DNA of 64,000 nucleotides from Paraspadella gotoi (lineage: Eukaryota > Animalia > Chaetognatha): the NCBI GenBank assembly GCA_051294375.1, contig CM119266.1:4803685-4867684 (forward strand), given 5' to 3'. The position numbers and the translations under genes are program-made. The notes below the pieces were generated by a model, which was not told the origin of the DNA, did not search any database, and worked only from the letters and a program-made list of their open reading frames with translations. Below, in pieces: positions 25,194 through 39,459 of this stretch (the first letter of the stretch is position 1; the number at the start of each line of letters is the position of its first letter).

Positions 25194-25360
25194 TTTTCTC
25201 CTTCCATTAAGACAAGTGTTTTTCCTATCTCTGCCGACTTCTCTTTTTCCCTCTTCATATTTCTCTCTTATTCTCTATTACATTCTTTCCCCATTCTTCT
25301 CTTTTCCTATTTCCCTCTTAATACCTCCCTTTTCCTATCTAATAAAAAAAAGAGAGAGAT

Positions 25361-26088
25361 CTTCTAATCTTGTATCAATAAATCGATACACATTGAAAAC
25401 AGCTCTGGATGAATTGATTTTAATTTCGTAAAGATTTCGTGATTTTAATCCATATCGATCCATCCTATCACAAGGAATTCCCTCACCTCTCTAACTCACC
25501 AGCGTAAAAAGCGACGAGCCACGCGATCCACAGCGCCGCGGCGATACAGAAAGTCGCCAGCAGCCGCCGCGCTTCCTCCTGCAGCAGCCGCAGGCGTCGC
25601 CGAGGGACGACGAGCCTCTCGGGCCGCGGGACCGAGTGAGGCTGGCGGCGTTGGAGGTGGGGTGTCCGGCGGGGGTGTCGGCGACGAGGTGGTTGGGTGT
25701 GTTGAGGGTAGAAAGACTCGGTTCGAGGAGAGAGAAACCGCCCGTCTTTTCGTAGATTCGCCAGGCGTCGGTGCAAGGAAGGGTGGCTGTGATTAAGAGG
25801 CCTGGAGATATGGAAAGATTTAATTTATTTATTTGTTTATTTAAATTGTAAGCAATTAATTTCGCAACTTCGTTGTATTAACCTTAACCATACTCGAGGA
25901 TACTTTCGAATTTGATTAGTTTCATTAAAAAAACATTTCATGATACTATTTTCCGCATCAAATCCAACCCAAAAAAACTCCATTTATATTTTATTGTAAT
26001 AAAAATGGTTTTTTGTCGCTTTTTGAAGAAAAAAAGGCCTCACAGGAGGAAATTGAGACCCCATATTATGGAGCGTTTTACTTCCTGA

Positions 26089-26143
<55 letters not shown>

Positions 26144-26524
26144 TTCCACGATTCTTTCCCTCTTAGAATTGAAAATTCCATCGTTGAGTGACTCTTGTTG
26201 ACTCTTGAAATCCGGGCGGAATTTTTACCTCTGAAAAACCACTTTTATTCAACCTTAAATCCCTCCATAAAAGTGACTCTCTCTCTGTCTTTCTCTCTTT
26301 CTCTCTCGCTCCCAAGCGTCCACTTTATTGCCTTCCGCGAGGGAAACCACTCAATAAACTAAGAGATTCTTTTTTCTCTCTTTTCGCCTTAAAAAAAAAA
26401 GAACTCGTTTACACTAACGGTTATTAGTCTCTGCGATTAAAAAAGAGAGAAGGGAAAAAGCTTTGGAGGTTGTCAGCCTCGTTAAAAAAGAGCTAAAAAA
26501 ATCTTTCTTTTTTTAGAGCTCTTT

Positions 26525-26562
<38 letters not shown>

Positions 26563-27836
26563 CTTTTCTCGGTAAATGACTCTCACTCTTGAAAAAAAAG
26601 CGTAAACAGTTGGCGGAAAAGTCTTAGCTAGGGATTTTACGAAGGCGAGACGATGGCTCTCTCTCACTCTCAACTTTTCCATCTCCCTCTCTCTCTCCCT
26701 CACTTCCTCCCTCCCAATCTTTAAAGTTTTCTCAGCCACTTTCCTTACGATTTCTTTAAGAAAAACTAAATTAGGGATAGAGACGTCGAAAAAGGACGTC
26801 TAATTAAGATTTCAAAAGAGTTAAAAACTTTGGTGAGGAAGTTCTGAGTTCTAGTTCTCACAAAAAACAGATGACAGACTAACAGTAAATGTGACTGACA
26901 ATGTTGACATAATTTGTTTTTGGTTGAAGAATGCTCTCTCTCTCTTTCTTTCTCTCCTCTCACCCAAAACTAAGAGAACCATGACGTAAACGAACGAGGC
27001 GACGAATTCCGTCTTCCCGATGTCGCAGACGTTGACGACCAGTTGGTGGTGCTGCTCTCCGCCGCTCCGTCCGCGCCCTCGCCCTCCAGCGTCGAATTCT
27101 GCAGGTGGCACTCTGTACCGGAGCAGCGGCCGCGGCGTCTGAATCCACTGCTGCAGATCGAGGGCGAGCTGCAGGGCGACGATGAAGGACAGCAGCAGCC
27201 AGTGGAGGCAGGAGAGGGGCACGTGGGTAGGATGGCGTCTGGAAAGAGAGGGGTAGGGTAGGGGGTGGGGTAAGTCAGGATTACAGGAGTTTAAGTGAAT
27301 ATATAGAGATATACTACGAATTATTAAATATAATAATTGATCTTATTTATTAATAAATAAGCCAAGACATAGGGGATTAATTTACTGGTTTTAAAGTTTG
27401 TGGGGATTGTGAAATATAACTATTTTGTAAGAACGAGTTCTTTAGAAATTATAGCCAGTCCAGTGTTCAAATTCGGAATAATTCCTATATTGGTTGTATC
27501 AAATTTTATAATTTACATCCAACACTAAAAATTCTATCAGATAAATGTAGTATGGTGATTGGTTAAACTAGTGATCTTGTAAAGAAAAAAAAGGTTGAGC
27601 GGAAATCTTATCGGGTCATAAAACCTTATTGGGTCAGGCTGTGAAAAAGGGAAGTTAAAGGTGAAGGGATCTTAGAAGTGAAGGTTGATCGGTGGTTGGC
27701 AGAATGTGAGGAGGGAAGAGTGTGAAGTAAGTAAGAAGTGAGAAGATGTTGTGAACGAGAAATAAAATGAAATCGGACGCGCACGAGTTGAGATGGAAAA
27801 GGAAAATGGAGATTTAAAAAGAGAAAAACGGACTTG

Positions 27837-27874
<38 letters not shown>

Positions 27875-30351
27875 CACCCAGCGGAAGGGACAGAGTACAT
27901 TTGAAGTGGAGGGGGCGTGGAAGATAATCCCGTCGGTTTTGAATTCTCAATTTTTAGAGACGAAGGAAAGTTATTTCTTTTTCTTTTTTTTTTACATAAA
28001 AAAAATTCTTCTGTATCGGGATCTGAATGTGGAGGAAGAAAAAAAAATTGTGGTTGGAAGGAAATTGGAACAGAATCCATTCCATTCTTTTTTCTTCCTC
28101 TCGCTCTCTATTTTCTTTTCTTTATTTCTTTTTTTATCCCGCGTTTCCTTATGCCTATTCTTATCTCCCTATTTATATTCTATTCTATTTTATTTTATTC
28201 TATTCTTATCTCACTATTTCTACTTTCCTTCCACCGATACAGTATCTTAATCGCTTCTACAACCACGCCCCCATGCAAACGCCCACACATCTACCACGCC
28301 CCCACACAATACGCCCACACATCAACTACGCCCACACAAAAGCCCACACGTCAACCACGATCCCTCTCATCGGGCTTCACTTTCCTCCCTCCACACCCCG
28401 CCGCAGTCCCCGTGTCCTGAGGCAGTTAAACTTACTGGGTGAGTTATTTCGATTCCAAATGGGTTTTATTTCTCGCGTTATCATCGCGAATTTTCCAGAG
28501 TAAAATTTCTTTCTCGGACCCGAAAAGATAAAAACCTCCAACGGCCAAAAAAAAAGAGGAGGGGGGAAGTTGCTTAAAGATGGCGGCGTGGAGGGGGGGT
28601 TAGAGGTTAAAGGGTCTTTCATGGGAGGTAATGTCTGGGGCGACCCAGGGGGCAGGGGGGCAAAGCCGCGGGGGTTGAGGGTTACCCTCTAGAAACGCGC
28701 GCGTGCCGATTTCTCTGCGAGAGAGAGAGATTGAAAACGTCTCTCTCTCTCTCTCCTTCCTCTCTCTCTCTCTCTCTCTCTCTCTCCGCGTTTGGTTTTG
28801 TCTCTGCGAGGTTTTTAATCTTTTTCCCTTTTCTATTTCCAGGGAAAAGTTGTTCCACAGACGGAAACTCGGGAATGAGAGAAAGTAAGTTTGGAAAGAA
28901 GGTTTTCCTCAGAAAGAGAGAGAGAGAGAGAAGAGAAAAGAAAACGAATTCTGCTTGGAGTTTTAGAGGAGAGAGCGAAATCGCGTAACTAATTTTAAGC
29001 GATGAAACTCGTTACGATGGATTGAAAATATGATTTCGGAGATCGTGATGAATGAGATCTGTGAGCGGGAGTGATTATTGGATTTTTTTCTCACACATTG
29101 GAAAATTCAGCGGAGTAATTATAAAATAAAATTGGGAATAATTACTATTTTATTTTGGTCATAATATCATAGGTTGAAAAAGTCAAATCTTCCCTCTGCT
29201 TCTGGGTATTTGGAGTATTAAAACAAATTAGGTAATTTGGAATATCTTATATTTTAATTATTAAACCTAAAGATTAATTTAAAGTCAACAAAAGATCATA
29301 TAAAGCGAAATAAGAAAGTGCATGAAAGAAAAAAAAACACGAATATAAACAAACAGAAATAAATAACAAAAAAACAAACTAGCAAATGATAACATTTGAA
29401 ACAAACAAGAAAAACAAAACAAAACCAAACCTTACCCTCAACATTCTCAATCGTACTTACCTTCATCCAATTCGCCGACGTCTTCGTATCCACCACCACT
29501 CCTACCACTTCCGCCTCCACCACCGACGCGCCACTCCACCCTCTCCCCCGCAGCCTTCAGCCGCGTCCGCAGCGCAGCGGCGCGGACGAGGCAGCGTCCC
29601 GAAGCAAAGAGCGTACGGAACGCTGGGCGCCATCATGCGGAGCCCGCAGCCGCCGCCCGACGCGGCGAAGCAGTAAGGGAGAGGCGAGGCGAAGAGGAAG
29701 AGGGCGGCGGCGAGGGTGGCGCCCGACACTGAGCGGGCGGGCGGGCCCGATCCGGAGAGGGCCTTGATGGAAACGTGTACTGGGGAGGGTGGGGCGAAAT
29801 GTGGTCAGTTTAGCGGTTGGTAAATAAGGAGGGAGACTCTCTTCAGTAGGGCTGGGCTTTGGGGTTGCGGCAAAAGCGGGCCATATGGGGTTGGGGCCTT
29901 GCGGCGGGCGGGGGAGGGCGGCCTTTCAAGGTCAAAAGGTCAAAGAAGATCAAGAGAAAAGAAATTTTTTTTTGTTGCAGAAAAAAAAATGAGATTAAAG
30001 GCGAAAATCACGTCGGTCATTGGAGGATGAAAAAATGCAATAGGGTCTCTCTCTTCTCTCCTCTCGCTCCATTCAACGCCGCCCAGTCGGAAATGGCGCC
30101 ATGTTTAATATGTACTTTTTTTTTCGTGAAAGAGGGGGGGACCGGCGCTTTGGGGGTATAGAAGGGGGACCGGATACCCGGTTGGGGGGGGGGCGGGGGA
30201 GAGGATTCCGGGCTCCTTTAGATTCATGGAAAGAGGTCGTCTTAGTTTAAAAAAAAAGAGGAAAAAAAATGTGACTGAGATTCAATGAAAGAGAAGTTTT
30301 TTTTTCACCAATTATCGACTTATTTTTTTTCCTCTCTTGGAATATTGTACT
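25361..30351. repeat. Block B copy 2, with redundant GPCR exons 25500-25801, 26964-27238 and 29461-29779 (minus strand, frameshifted)
   Basis: Direct copy of 3894-8927 differing mostly by 1-bp indels. Continues into the start of block C (30352-31169). Confidence 0.95.
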
Positions 30352-30984
30352 GAAGAGTGAAAGAGAGATAGAGAGAGAGAGAAAGTGAAAGAGAGAGGAG
30401 AGAGAGAGATAGACACCGGTTTAGTTCTTCTTTTTGCTCGTTATTTGCAGCTCAAAGAAACTAGTCCATTCATTTCTTTTCTCCTTCCATTAAGACAAGT
30501 GTTTTTCCTATCTCTGCCGACTCTCTTTTTCCCTCTTCATATTTCTCTCTTATTCTCTATTACATTCTTTCCCCATTCTTCTCTTTTCCCTACTTCCCTC
30601 TATACCTCCTTTTCTATCTCCCTCTCAATTCCTCCCTTTTCCTATTTCCCTCTTAATACCTCCCTTTTCCTATCTCCCTCTCAATTCTCCCTTTTCCTAT
30701 CTCCCTCTTAATACCTCCTTTTCCTCTCTCCCTCTCAATTCCTCTCTTTTCCTATCTCCCTCCNNNNNNNNNNNNNNNNNNNNNNNNNTAATACCTCCCT
30801 TTTCCTATTTCCCTTTTAATACCTGCCTTTTCTTCCCCTCCTTCATATTTTCCCTCTCTCATCCCTTCTCTCTCGTCTCTCTCCCCTAAAAACGTAATCG
30901 ATTTTCTCTCTCTCTCTCTCCCTCTCTCTCTCTTTCCCTCTCTCTCTCTCCTTCCAAAAAAAAATCCTTTCTCCCATTACTTAC

Positions 30985-31149
30985 CCAAAAAGACGAGTGT
31001 GACCAGCGTGCCCAGAACAGATAAGGTTAAAACGACGGTGGACCAATGTTGGTCGATGTAAGCTCCTTCCGTTCCGGGGTAAAGGAAGAGGTAAGATTGG
31101 TGTCCCCAGAGAGGTGGAGTCGTTTTGACCAGTTGATTGGCCACGCGGT
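30985..31149 (-). CDS. Class C GPCR TM1 exon, redundant copy
   Basis: 165 bp, same sequence as 36911-37075. Confidence 0.7.
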
Positions 31150-31214
31150 CTGAAAGAGAACGGAAAGGTNNNNNNNNNNNNNNNNNNNNNNNNNAATAAA
31201 AAAAAGAGAGAGAT

Positions 31215-31941
31215 CTTCTAATCTTGTATCAATAAATCGATACACATTTGAAAACAGCTCTGGATGAATTGATTTTAATTTCGTAAAGATTTCGTGATTT
31301 TATCCATATCGATCCATCCTATCACAAGGGGAATTCCCTCACCTCCTTCTAACTCACCAGCGTAAAAAGCGACGAGCCACGCGATCCACAGCGCCGCGGC
31401 GATACAGAAAGTCGCCAGCAGCCGCCGCGCTTCCTCCTGCAGCAGCCGCAGGCGTCGCCGAGGGACGACGAGCCTCTCGGGCCGCGGGACCGAGTGAGGC
31501 TGGCGGCGTTGGAGGTGGGGTGTCCGGCGGGGTGTCCGGAGACGAGGTGGTTGGGTGTGTTGAGGGTAGAAAGACTCGTTCGAGGAGAGAGAAACCGCCC
31601 GTCTTTCGTAGATTCGCCAGGCGTCGGTGCAAGGAAGGGTGGCTGTGATTAAGAGGCCTGGAGATATGGAAAGATTTAATTTATTTATTTGTTTATTTAA
31701 ATTGCTAAGCAATTAATTTCGCAACTTCGTTGTATTAACCTAAACCATACTAGAGGATACTTGTGAATTTGATTAGTTTCATTAAAAAAACATTTCATGA
31801 TACTATTTTCCGCATCAATCCAACCAAAAAACTCCATTTATATTTATTGTAATAAAAATGGTTTTTTGTCGCTTTTTGAAGAAAAAAAGGCCTCACAGGA
31901 GGAAATTGAGACCCCATATTATGGAGCGTTTTACTTCCTGA

Positions 31942-31986
<45 letters not shown>

Positions 31987-34900
31987 TTGGTTCCACGATT
32001 CTTTCCCTCTTAGAATTGAAAATTCCATCGTTTGAGTGACTCTTGTTGACTCTTGAAATCCGGGCGGAATTTTTACCTCTGAAAAACACTTTTATTCAAC
32101 CTTAAATCCTCATAAAAAGTGACTCTCTCTCTGTCTTTTCTCTCTTTCTCTCTCGCTCCCAAGCGTCCACTTTATTGCCTTCCGCGAGGGAAACCACTCA
32201 ATAAACTAAGAGATTCTTTTTTCTCTCTTTTCGCCTTAAAAAAAAAAGAACTCGTTTACACTAACGGTTATTAGTCTCTGCGATTAAAAAAGAGAGAAGG
32301 GAAAAAAGCTTTGGAGGTTGTCAGCCTCGTTAAAAAAGAGCTAAAAAAATCTTTCTTTTTTTAGAGCTCTTTCTCTCTCTCTCTCCCTCTTCTCCTCTCT
32401 CTCTCTCTCTCTCCTTTTCTCGGTAAATGACTCTCACTCTTGAAAAAAAAGCGTAAACAGTTGGCGGAAAAGGTCTTAGCTAGGGATTTTACGAAGAGCG
32501 AGACGATGGCTCTCTCTTCACTCTCAACTTTTCCATCTCCCTCTCTCTCTCCCTCACTTCCTCCCTCCCAATCTTTAAAGTTTTCTCAGCCACTTTCCTT
32601 ACGATTCTTTAAGAAAAACTAAATTAGGGATAGAGACGTCGAAAGAAGGACGTCTAATTAAAGATTTCAAAAAGAGTTAAAAAACTTTGGTGAGGAAGTT
32701 CTGAGTTCTAGTTCTCACAAAAAAACAGATGACAGACTAACAGTAAATGTGACTGACAATGTTGACATTAATTTGTTTTTGGTTGAAGAATGCTCTCTCT
32801 CTCTTTCTTTCTCTCCTCTCACCCAAAACTAAGAGAACCATGACGTAAACGAACGAGGCGACGAATTCCGTCTTCCCGATGTCGCAGACGTTGACGACCA
32901 GTTGGTGGTGCTGCTGCTCCGCCGCTCCGTCCGCGCCCTCGCCCTCCAGCGTCGAATTCTGCAGGTGCACTCTGTACCGGAGCAGCGGCCGCGGCGTCTG
33001 AATCCACTGCTGCAGATCGAGGGCGAAGCTGCAGGGCGACGATGAAGGACAGCAGCAGCCAGTGGAGGCAGGAGAGGGGCACGTGGGTAGGATGGCGTCT
33101 GGAAAGAGAGGGGTAGGGTAGGGGGTGGGGTAAGTCAGGATTACAGGAGTTTAAGTGAATATATAGAGATATACTACGAATTATTAAATATAATAATTGA
33201 TCTTATTTATTAATAAATAAGCCAAGACATAGGGGATTAATTTACTGGTTTTAAAGTTTGTGGGATTGTGAAATATAACTATTTTGTAAGAACGAGTTCT
33301 TTAGAAATTATAGCCAGTCCAGTGTTCAAATTCGGAATAATTCCTATATTGGTTGTATCAAATTTTATAATTTACATCCAACACTAAAAATTCTATCAGA
33401 TAAATGTAGTATGCGTGATTGGTTAAACTAGTGATCTTGTAAAGAAAAAAAAAGGTTGAGCGGAAATCTTATCGGGTCATAAAACCTTATTGGGTCAGGC
33501 TGTGAAAAGGGAAGTTAAAGGTGAAGGGATCTTAGAAGTGAAGGTTGATCGGTGTTGGCAGAATGTGAGGAGGGAAGAGTGTGAAGTAAGTAAGAAGTGA
33601 GAAGATGTTGTGAACGAGAAATAAAATGAAATCGGACGCGCACGAGTTGAGATGGAAAAGGAAAATGGAGATTTAAAAAGAGGAGAAAACGGACTTGGGG
33701 AGAGGAGAGAGAGAGAGAGAGAGAGAGAACAGACACACCAGCGGAAGGGACAGAGTACATTTGAAGTGGAGGGGCGTGGAAGATAATCCCGTCGGTTTTG
33801 AATTCTCAATTTTTAGAGACGAAGGAAAGTTATTTCTTTTTCTTTTTTTTTTACATAAAAAAAATTCTTCTGTATCGGGATCTGAATGTGGAGGAAAAAA
33901 AAAAAATTGTGTTGGAAGGAAATTGGAACAGAATCCATTCCATTCTTTTTTCTTTCCTCTCGCTCTCTATTTTCTTTTCTTTATTTCTTATATTTTATCC
34001 CGCGTTTCCTTATGCCTATTCTTATCTCCCTATTTATATTCTATTCTATTTTATTTTATTCTATTCTTATCTCACTATTATTCTACTTTCCTTCCACCGA
34101 TTACAGTATCTTAATCGCTTCTACAACCACGCCCCCATGCAAACGCCCACACATCTACCACGCCCCCACACAATAGCCCACACATCAACTACGCCCCACC
34201 ACAAAAGCCCACACGTCAACCACGATTCCCTCTCATCGGGCTTCACTTTCCTCCCTCCACACCCCGCCGCAGTCCCCGTGTCGCTGAGGCAGTTAAACTT
34301 ACTGGGTGAGTTATTTCGATTCCAAATGGGTTTTATTTCTCGCGTTATCATCGCGAATTTTCCAGAGTAAAATTTCTTTCTCGGACCCGAAAAGATAAAA
34401 ACCTCCAACGGCCAAAAAAAAAGAGGAGGGGGGAAGTTGCTTAAAGATGGCGGCGTGGAGGGGGGGTTAGAGGTTAAAGGGTCTTTCATGGGAGGTAATG
34501 TCTGGGGGCGACCCAGGGGGCAGGGGGGCAAAGCCGCGGGGGTTGAGGGTTACCCTCTAGAAACGCGCGCGTGCCGATTTCTCTGCGAGAGAGAGAGATT
34601 GAAAACGTCTCTCTCTCTCTCTCCTTCCTCTCTCTCTCTCTCTCTCTCTCTCTCCGCGTTTGTTTTGTCTCTGCGAGGTTTTTAATCTTTTTCCCTTTTC
34701 TATTTCCAGGGAAAAGTTGTTCCACAGACGAAACTCGGGAATGAGAGAAAGTAAGTTTGGAAAGAAGGTTTTCCTCAGAAAGAGAGAGAGAGAGAGAAGA
34801 GAAAGAAAACGAATTCTGCTTGGAGTTTTAGAGGAGAGAGCGAAATCGCGTAACTAATTTTAAGGATGAAACTCGTTACGATGGATTGAAAATATGATTT

Positions 34901-36211
34901 CGGAGATCGTGATGAATGAGATCTGTGAGCGGGAGTGATTATTGGATTTTTTTTCTCACACATTGGAAAATTCAGCGGTAATTATAAAATAAAATTGGGA
35001 ATAATTACTATTTTATTTTGGTCATAATATCATAGGTTGAAAAAGTCAAATCTTCCCTCTGCTTCTGGGTATTTGGAGTATTAAAACAAATTAGGTAATT
35101 TGGAATATCTTATATTTTAATTATTAAACCTAAAGATTAATTTAAAGTCACAAAAGATCATATAAAGCGAAATAAGAAAGTGCATGAAAGAAAAAAAAAC
35201 ACGAATATAAACAAACAGAAAATAAATAACAAAAAAACAAACTAGCAAATGATAACATTTGAAACAAACAAGAAAAACAAAACAAAACCAAACCTTACCC
35301 TCAACATTCTAATCGTACTTACCTTCATCCAATTCGCCGACGTCTTCGTATCCACCACCACTCCTACCACTTCCGCCTCCACCACCGACGCGCCACTCCA
35401 CCCTCTCCCCCGCAGCCTTCAGCCGCGTCCGCAGCGCAGCGGCGCGGACGAGCAGCGTCCCGAAGCAAAGAGCGTACGGAACGCTGGGCGCCATCATGCG
35501 GACCCGCAGCCGCCGCCCGACGCGGCGAAGCAGTAAGGGAGAGGCGAGGCGAAGAGGAAGAGGGCGGCGGCGAGGGTGGCGCCCGACACTGAGCGGGCGG
35601 CGGCGGGCCCGATCCGGAGAGGGCCTGATGGAAACGTGTACTGGGGAGGGTGGGGCGAAATGTGGTCAGTTTAGCGGTTGGTAAATAAGGAGGGAGACTC
35701 TCTTCAGTAGGGCTGGGCTTTGGGGTTGCGGCAAAAGCGGGCCATATGGGGTTGGGCCTTGCGGCGGGCGGGGGAGGGCGGCCTTTCAAGGTCAAAAGGT
35801 CAAAGAAGATCAAGAGAAAAGAAATTTTTTTTTGTTGCAGAAAAAAAAATGAGATTAAAGGCGAAAATCACGTCGGTCATTGGAGGATGAAAAAATGCAA
35901 TAGGGTCTCTCTCTTCTCTCCTCTCGCTCCATTCAACGCCGCCCAGTCGGAAATGGCGCCATGTTTAATATGTACTTTTTTTTTCGTGAAAGAGGGGGGG
36001 ACCGGCGCTTTGGGGGTATAGAAGGGGGACCGGATACCCGGTTGGGGGGGGGGCGGGGGAGAGGATTCCGGGCTCCTTTAGATTCATGGGAAAGAGGTCG
36101 TCTTAGTTTAAAAAAAAAGAGGAAAAAAAATGTGACTGAGATTCAATGAAAGAGAAGTTTTTTTTCACCAATTATCGACTTATTTTTTTTCCTCTCTTGG
36201 AATATTGTACT
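31215..36211. repeat. Block B copy 3, with redundant GPCR exons 31358-31657, 32823-33098 and 35323-35640 (minus strand)
   Basis: Direct copy of 3894-8927 with more indels; contiguous with block C in the gene-consistent orientation. Confidence 0.95.
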
Positions 36212-36823
36212 GAAGAGTGAAAGAGAGATAGAGAGAGAGAGAAAGTGAAAGAGAGAGGAGAGAGAGAGATAGACACCGGTTTAGTTTTCTTTTTGCTCGT
36301 TATTTGCAGCTCAAAGAAAACTAGTCCATTCATTTCTTTTCTCCTTCCATTAAGACAAGTGTTTTTCCTATCTCTGCCGACTCTCTTTTTCCCTCTTCAT
36401 ATTTCTCTCTTATTCTCTATTACATTCTTTCCCCATTCTTCTCTTTTCCCTACTTCCCTCTATACCTCCTTTTCTATCTCCCTCTCAATTCCTCCCTTTT
36501 CCTATTTCCCTCTTAATACCTCCCTTTTCCTATCTCCCTCTCAATTCCTCCCTTTTCCTATCTCCCTCTTAATACCTCCTTTTCCTCTCTCCCTCTCAAT
36601 TCCTCTCTTTTCCTATCTCCCTCCTAATACCTCCCTTTTTCCTATCTCCCTCTCAATTCCTCTCTTTTCCTATCTCCCTTCAATTCCTCCCTTTCTCCTA
36701 TTTCCCTTTTAATACCTCCCTTTTCCTATTTCCCTTTTAATACCTGCCTTTTCTTCCCCTCCTTCATATTTTCCCTCTCTCATCCCTTCTCTCTCGTCCT
36801 CTCTCCCCTAAAAACGTAATCGA

Positions 36824-36860
<37 letters not shown>

Positions 36861-36910
36861 TTCTCCCTCTCTCCTTCCAAAAAAAAAAAATCCTTTCTCC
36901 CATTACTTAC

Positions 36911-37075
36911 CCAAAAAGACGAGTGTGACCAGCGTGCCCAGAACAGATAAGGTTAAAACGACGGTGGACCAATGTTGGTCGATGTAAGCTCCTTCCGTTC
37001 CGGGGTAAAGGAAGAGGTAAGATTGGTGTCCCCAGAGAGGTGGAGTCGTTTTGACCAGTTGATTGGCCACGCGGT
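36911..37075 (-). CDS. Class C GPCR TM1 exon (exon 8)
   Basis: 165 bp, phase 1-1: RVANQLVKTTPPLWGHQSYLFLYPGTEGAYIDQHWSTVVLTLSVLGTLVTLVFL. Splices in frame to V-HVSIK of the TM2/3 exon. Shows the class C TM1 W.......G pattern. Confidence 0.88.
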
Positions 37076-37800
37076 CTGAAAGAGAACGGAAAGGTGGGGG
37101 GGTCCAGGGGGGGTGAAGCGGGGAAAGAAAAATGGCGGTCGTTTTTAACGAGTTGATTATCTGTAATTGAGTTGAAGTAAAGTCTGCCCCCCTTTTTTTT
37201 TTTTGTGGTGCGAGACTAAAATTGGCCATATTTTCCAAAAGCGCCTCAATTTCAGGTTTTGAATTCAAAATTAAATAAGTTTTTAAGTTTAACGGGATTA
37301 AGATTGGTTAAGACTTGGGTAAGGGATTAAGTTAAAGATTTGGTGAAATGATAATGCTTGATATTAACTTTAAAATTAAATTTAGCGATTAAAGAACGAA
37401 AATAATCCGCTTTTGGAAAATAGCACCCTAAAATTCCCTTTCCAAAATGATCTACCCTAATGTATTATTCCGGATTTTTTAAAAACCATTTTAGATTTAA
37501 ATTCTTCTCGATTATCCCAAACCATATTTAGGCGCTCTTTCCCGTCTTGCTTTCTCGATAGCATGGACACATGGTTTCCAGATTCCATGTCCCTTTTTGA
37601 GTGGTCATTTTCTCTTTCCACCATAAAAGCGCACTGCCAATCGAGCTCTGCTAATATATTTTCTCACACGAGCGCCCTCTACATAATCCATCCCTTTATA
37701 AGCGCCCCCCTACTTCCCTCTTCCCCGCACGACCGCTCATCGTTTCGCACTCAAAATTACATTTCATTTTTCTCTCTTTTTCCATCCTCATTTTTTTTAG

Positions 37801-37841
<41 letters not shown>

Positions 37842-37848
37842 TGTGATT

Positions 37849-37879
<31 letters not shown>

Positions 37880-38214
37880 CAATCTAATGAATTTCTCCGC
37901 GCCATTGCAGAGGAATAAAAGACGGCTAAGAAATATTTGCTTAAGCGAGGGTGTTAAGGCGAAATGGGAGAAAGGAGGGAGAGAGAGAGAGACACGCAGA
38001 GAGAGAGAGAGAGACAGAGACAGAATATGGTAATTAGAAGGCAACGGTTACCGTTCTCTCTCTCTGGGGTTTTCCTCTTCGTGTTTCCCTTTTGTTTTTT
38101 AGTGGCCTCAATGGATCGAGGCGGCAGACGGAGGGAAACCCCCTCTGGCGAGATGACAACAATCGTCGCGTCAGTTACCCCCTGGCGGACGTCTCTGTCT
38201 TTCTGGCGGATGTT

Positions 38215-38250
<36 letters not shown>

Positions 38251-39362
38251 GTTTTCTTTCTCACGTCTATTTCTCGTTTCAATTTATTTTCCCCCCAAAT
38301 TCTCTCTCGCTCTCTTGCTCGTTGTCTCGCTCTCACACTCGCTCTTTCCCTGACCTGTTCTCTCTCGCTCTCTTTATTTGTGCCATTCTCCCACTCTCTC
38401 TCTCTCTCTCCCCCTTTTCAGTGCTCTCTTTCGCTCTTCCTCTCTCTCACCCACTCCCTCTCTCGATCTCTCTCTGTCTCATGACTTTTTCTCGTGTTCA
38501 AACACAGCTGATACCCTCAATGGGTTTTCCTTCACGGCGCCGAGTCGATGTTCCTTTGTCTTTTTCATTTTCTTATTGAAAAGAGAAAAAGAAAATGAAA
38601 TTTTGGGAGAAGAATTTTGGAATTTGAACAGAAAAGTGAAAAGAAAAGAAAAAGGGAAGGAAGAGAAGAAAAGAGAAGATAGTAGCAGAAATAAAGGATA
38701 AGAAACTAGCATCAAGAAAAGAAAAGAAAGCAAAGAAAATAGCATTCCCAAGACATATTCCATCCTACAATAGAAAAGAAAAAAAGCCTTTCATAGAACT
38801 ATCCGACTACGTAATCCGTTCTTAAGACAGTAAAGGCAATAAGACATTATTTTCGAGTAACTAAACCAAAGCTCGCTGTAGATTTACAGAGCGAACCCAT
38901 TAAAAACGACCTCCAAGACGCTAAGAGAAATAATCTCAAATCGTGTGAAAATAAAAATCTAAATAATCCAATTCTAAAATGTGATAAAAGCAAAAAACGA
39001 CCGAGTCGGCGAATAAAATGAAAGATGGCGCCTCATAATATTCGCCCTGTTGCGCATCATAAAGAAAGGTGGAGAAGGGGGGAGAATCGTGGGAAAAAAA
39101 AGAGCATCGACATCTTGCCACACCTGTGTTCATTTGTTTGGTCGTTTTGATGACTTTTCTTTCCAGTAGAGGACTCTCTCTCCCGGTTTCATTTTCTCGG
39201 GTCATTAATTTCTTTTGTTTGTTTAATTGAATTCACGACGTAGAAAATACAATTTGTTCATAAAACGTAAAGAATTAAGGTTTTACAAAACATTACCCCT
39301 CTAATCTTTGGCGCTAATCTTAACTCACCTCCTCAATCTTGGCGCCAGATGTATTAACTTAC

Positions 39363-39459
39363 CAAGCAGAGTTTCTCGAGACATGACCCTCGTTTCTCCT
39401 TCTCCTACTTCCACGGTGAGGTTCAAACTTTTGCCAGAGCGTCTTCTATTGTTGCCGAT
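39363..39459 (-). CDS. Class C GPCR exon 7 (ectodomain-to-TM linker)
   Basis: 97 bp, phase 0-1: IGNNRRRSGKSLNLTVEVGEGETRVMSRETLL. Confidence 0.72.

Noticed and set aside
25361-36211. Tandem GPCR paralogues or pseudogenes
   Set aside because: The copies are partial, nearly identical in introns, differ by indels, and are bounded by 25-N gaps and an adapter-like remnant.
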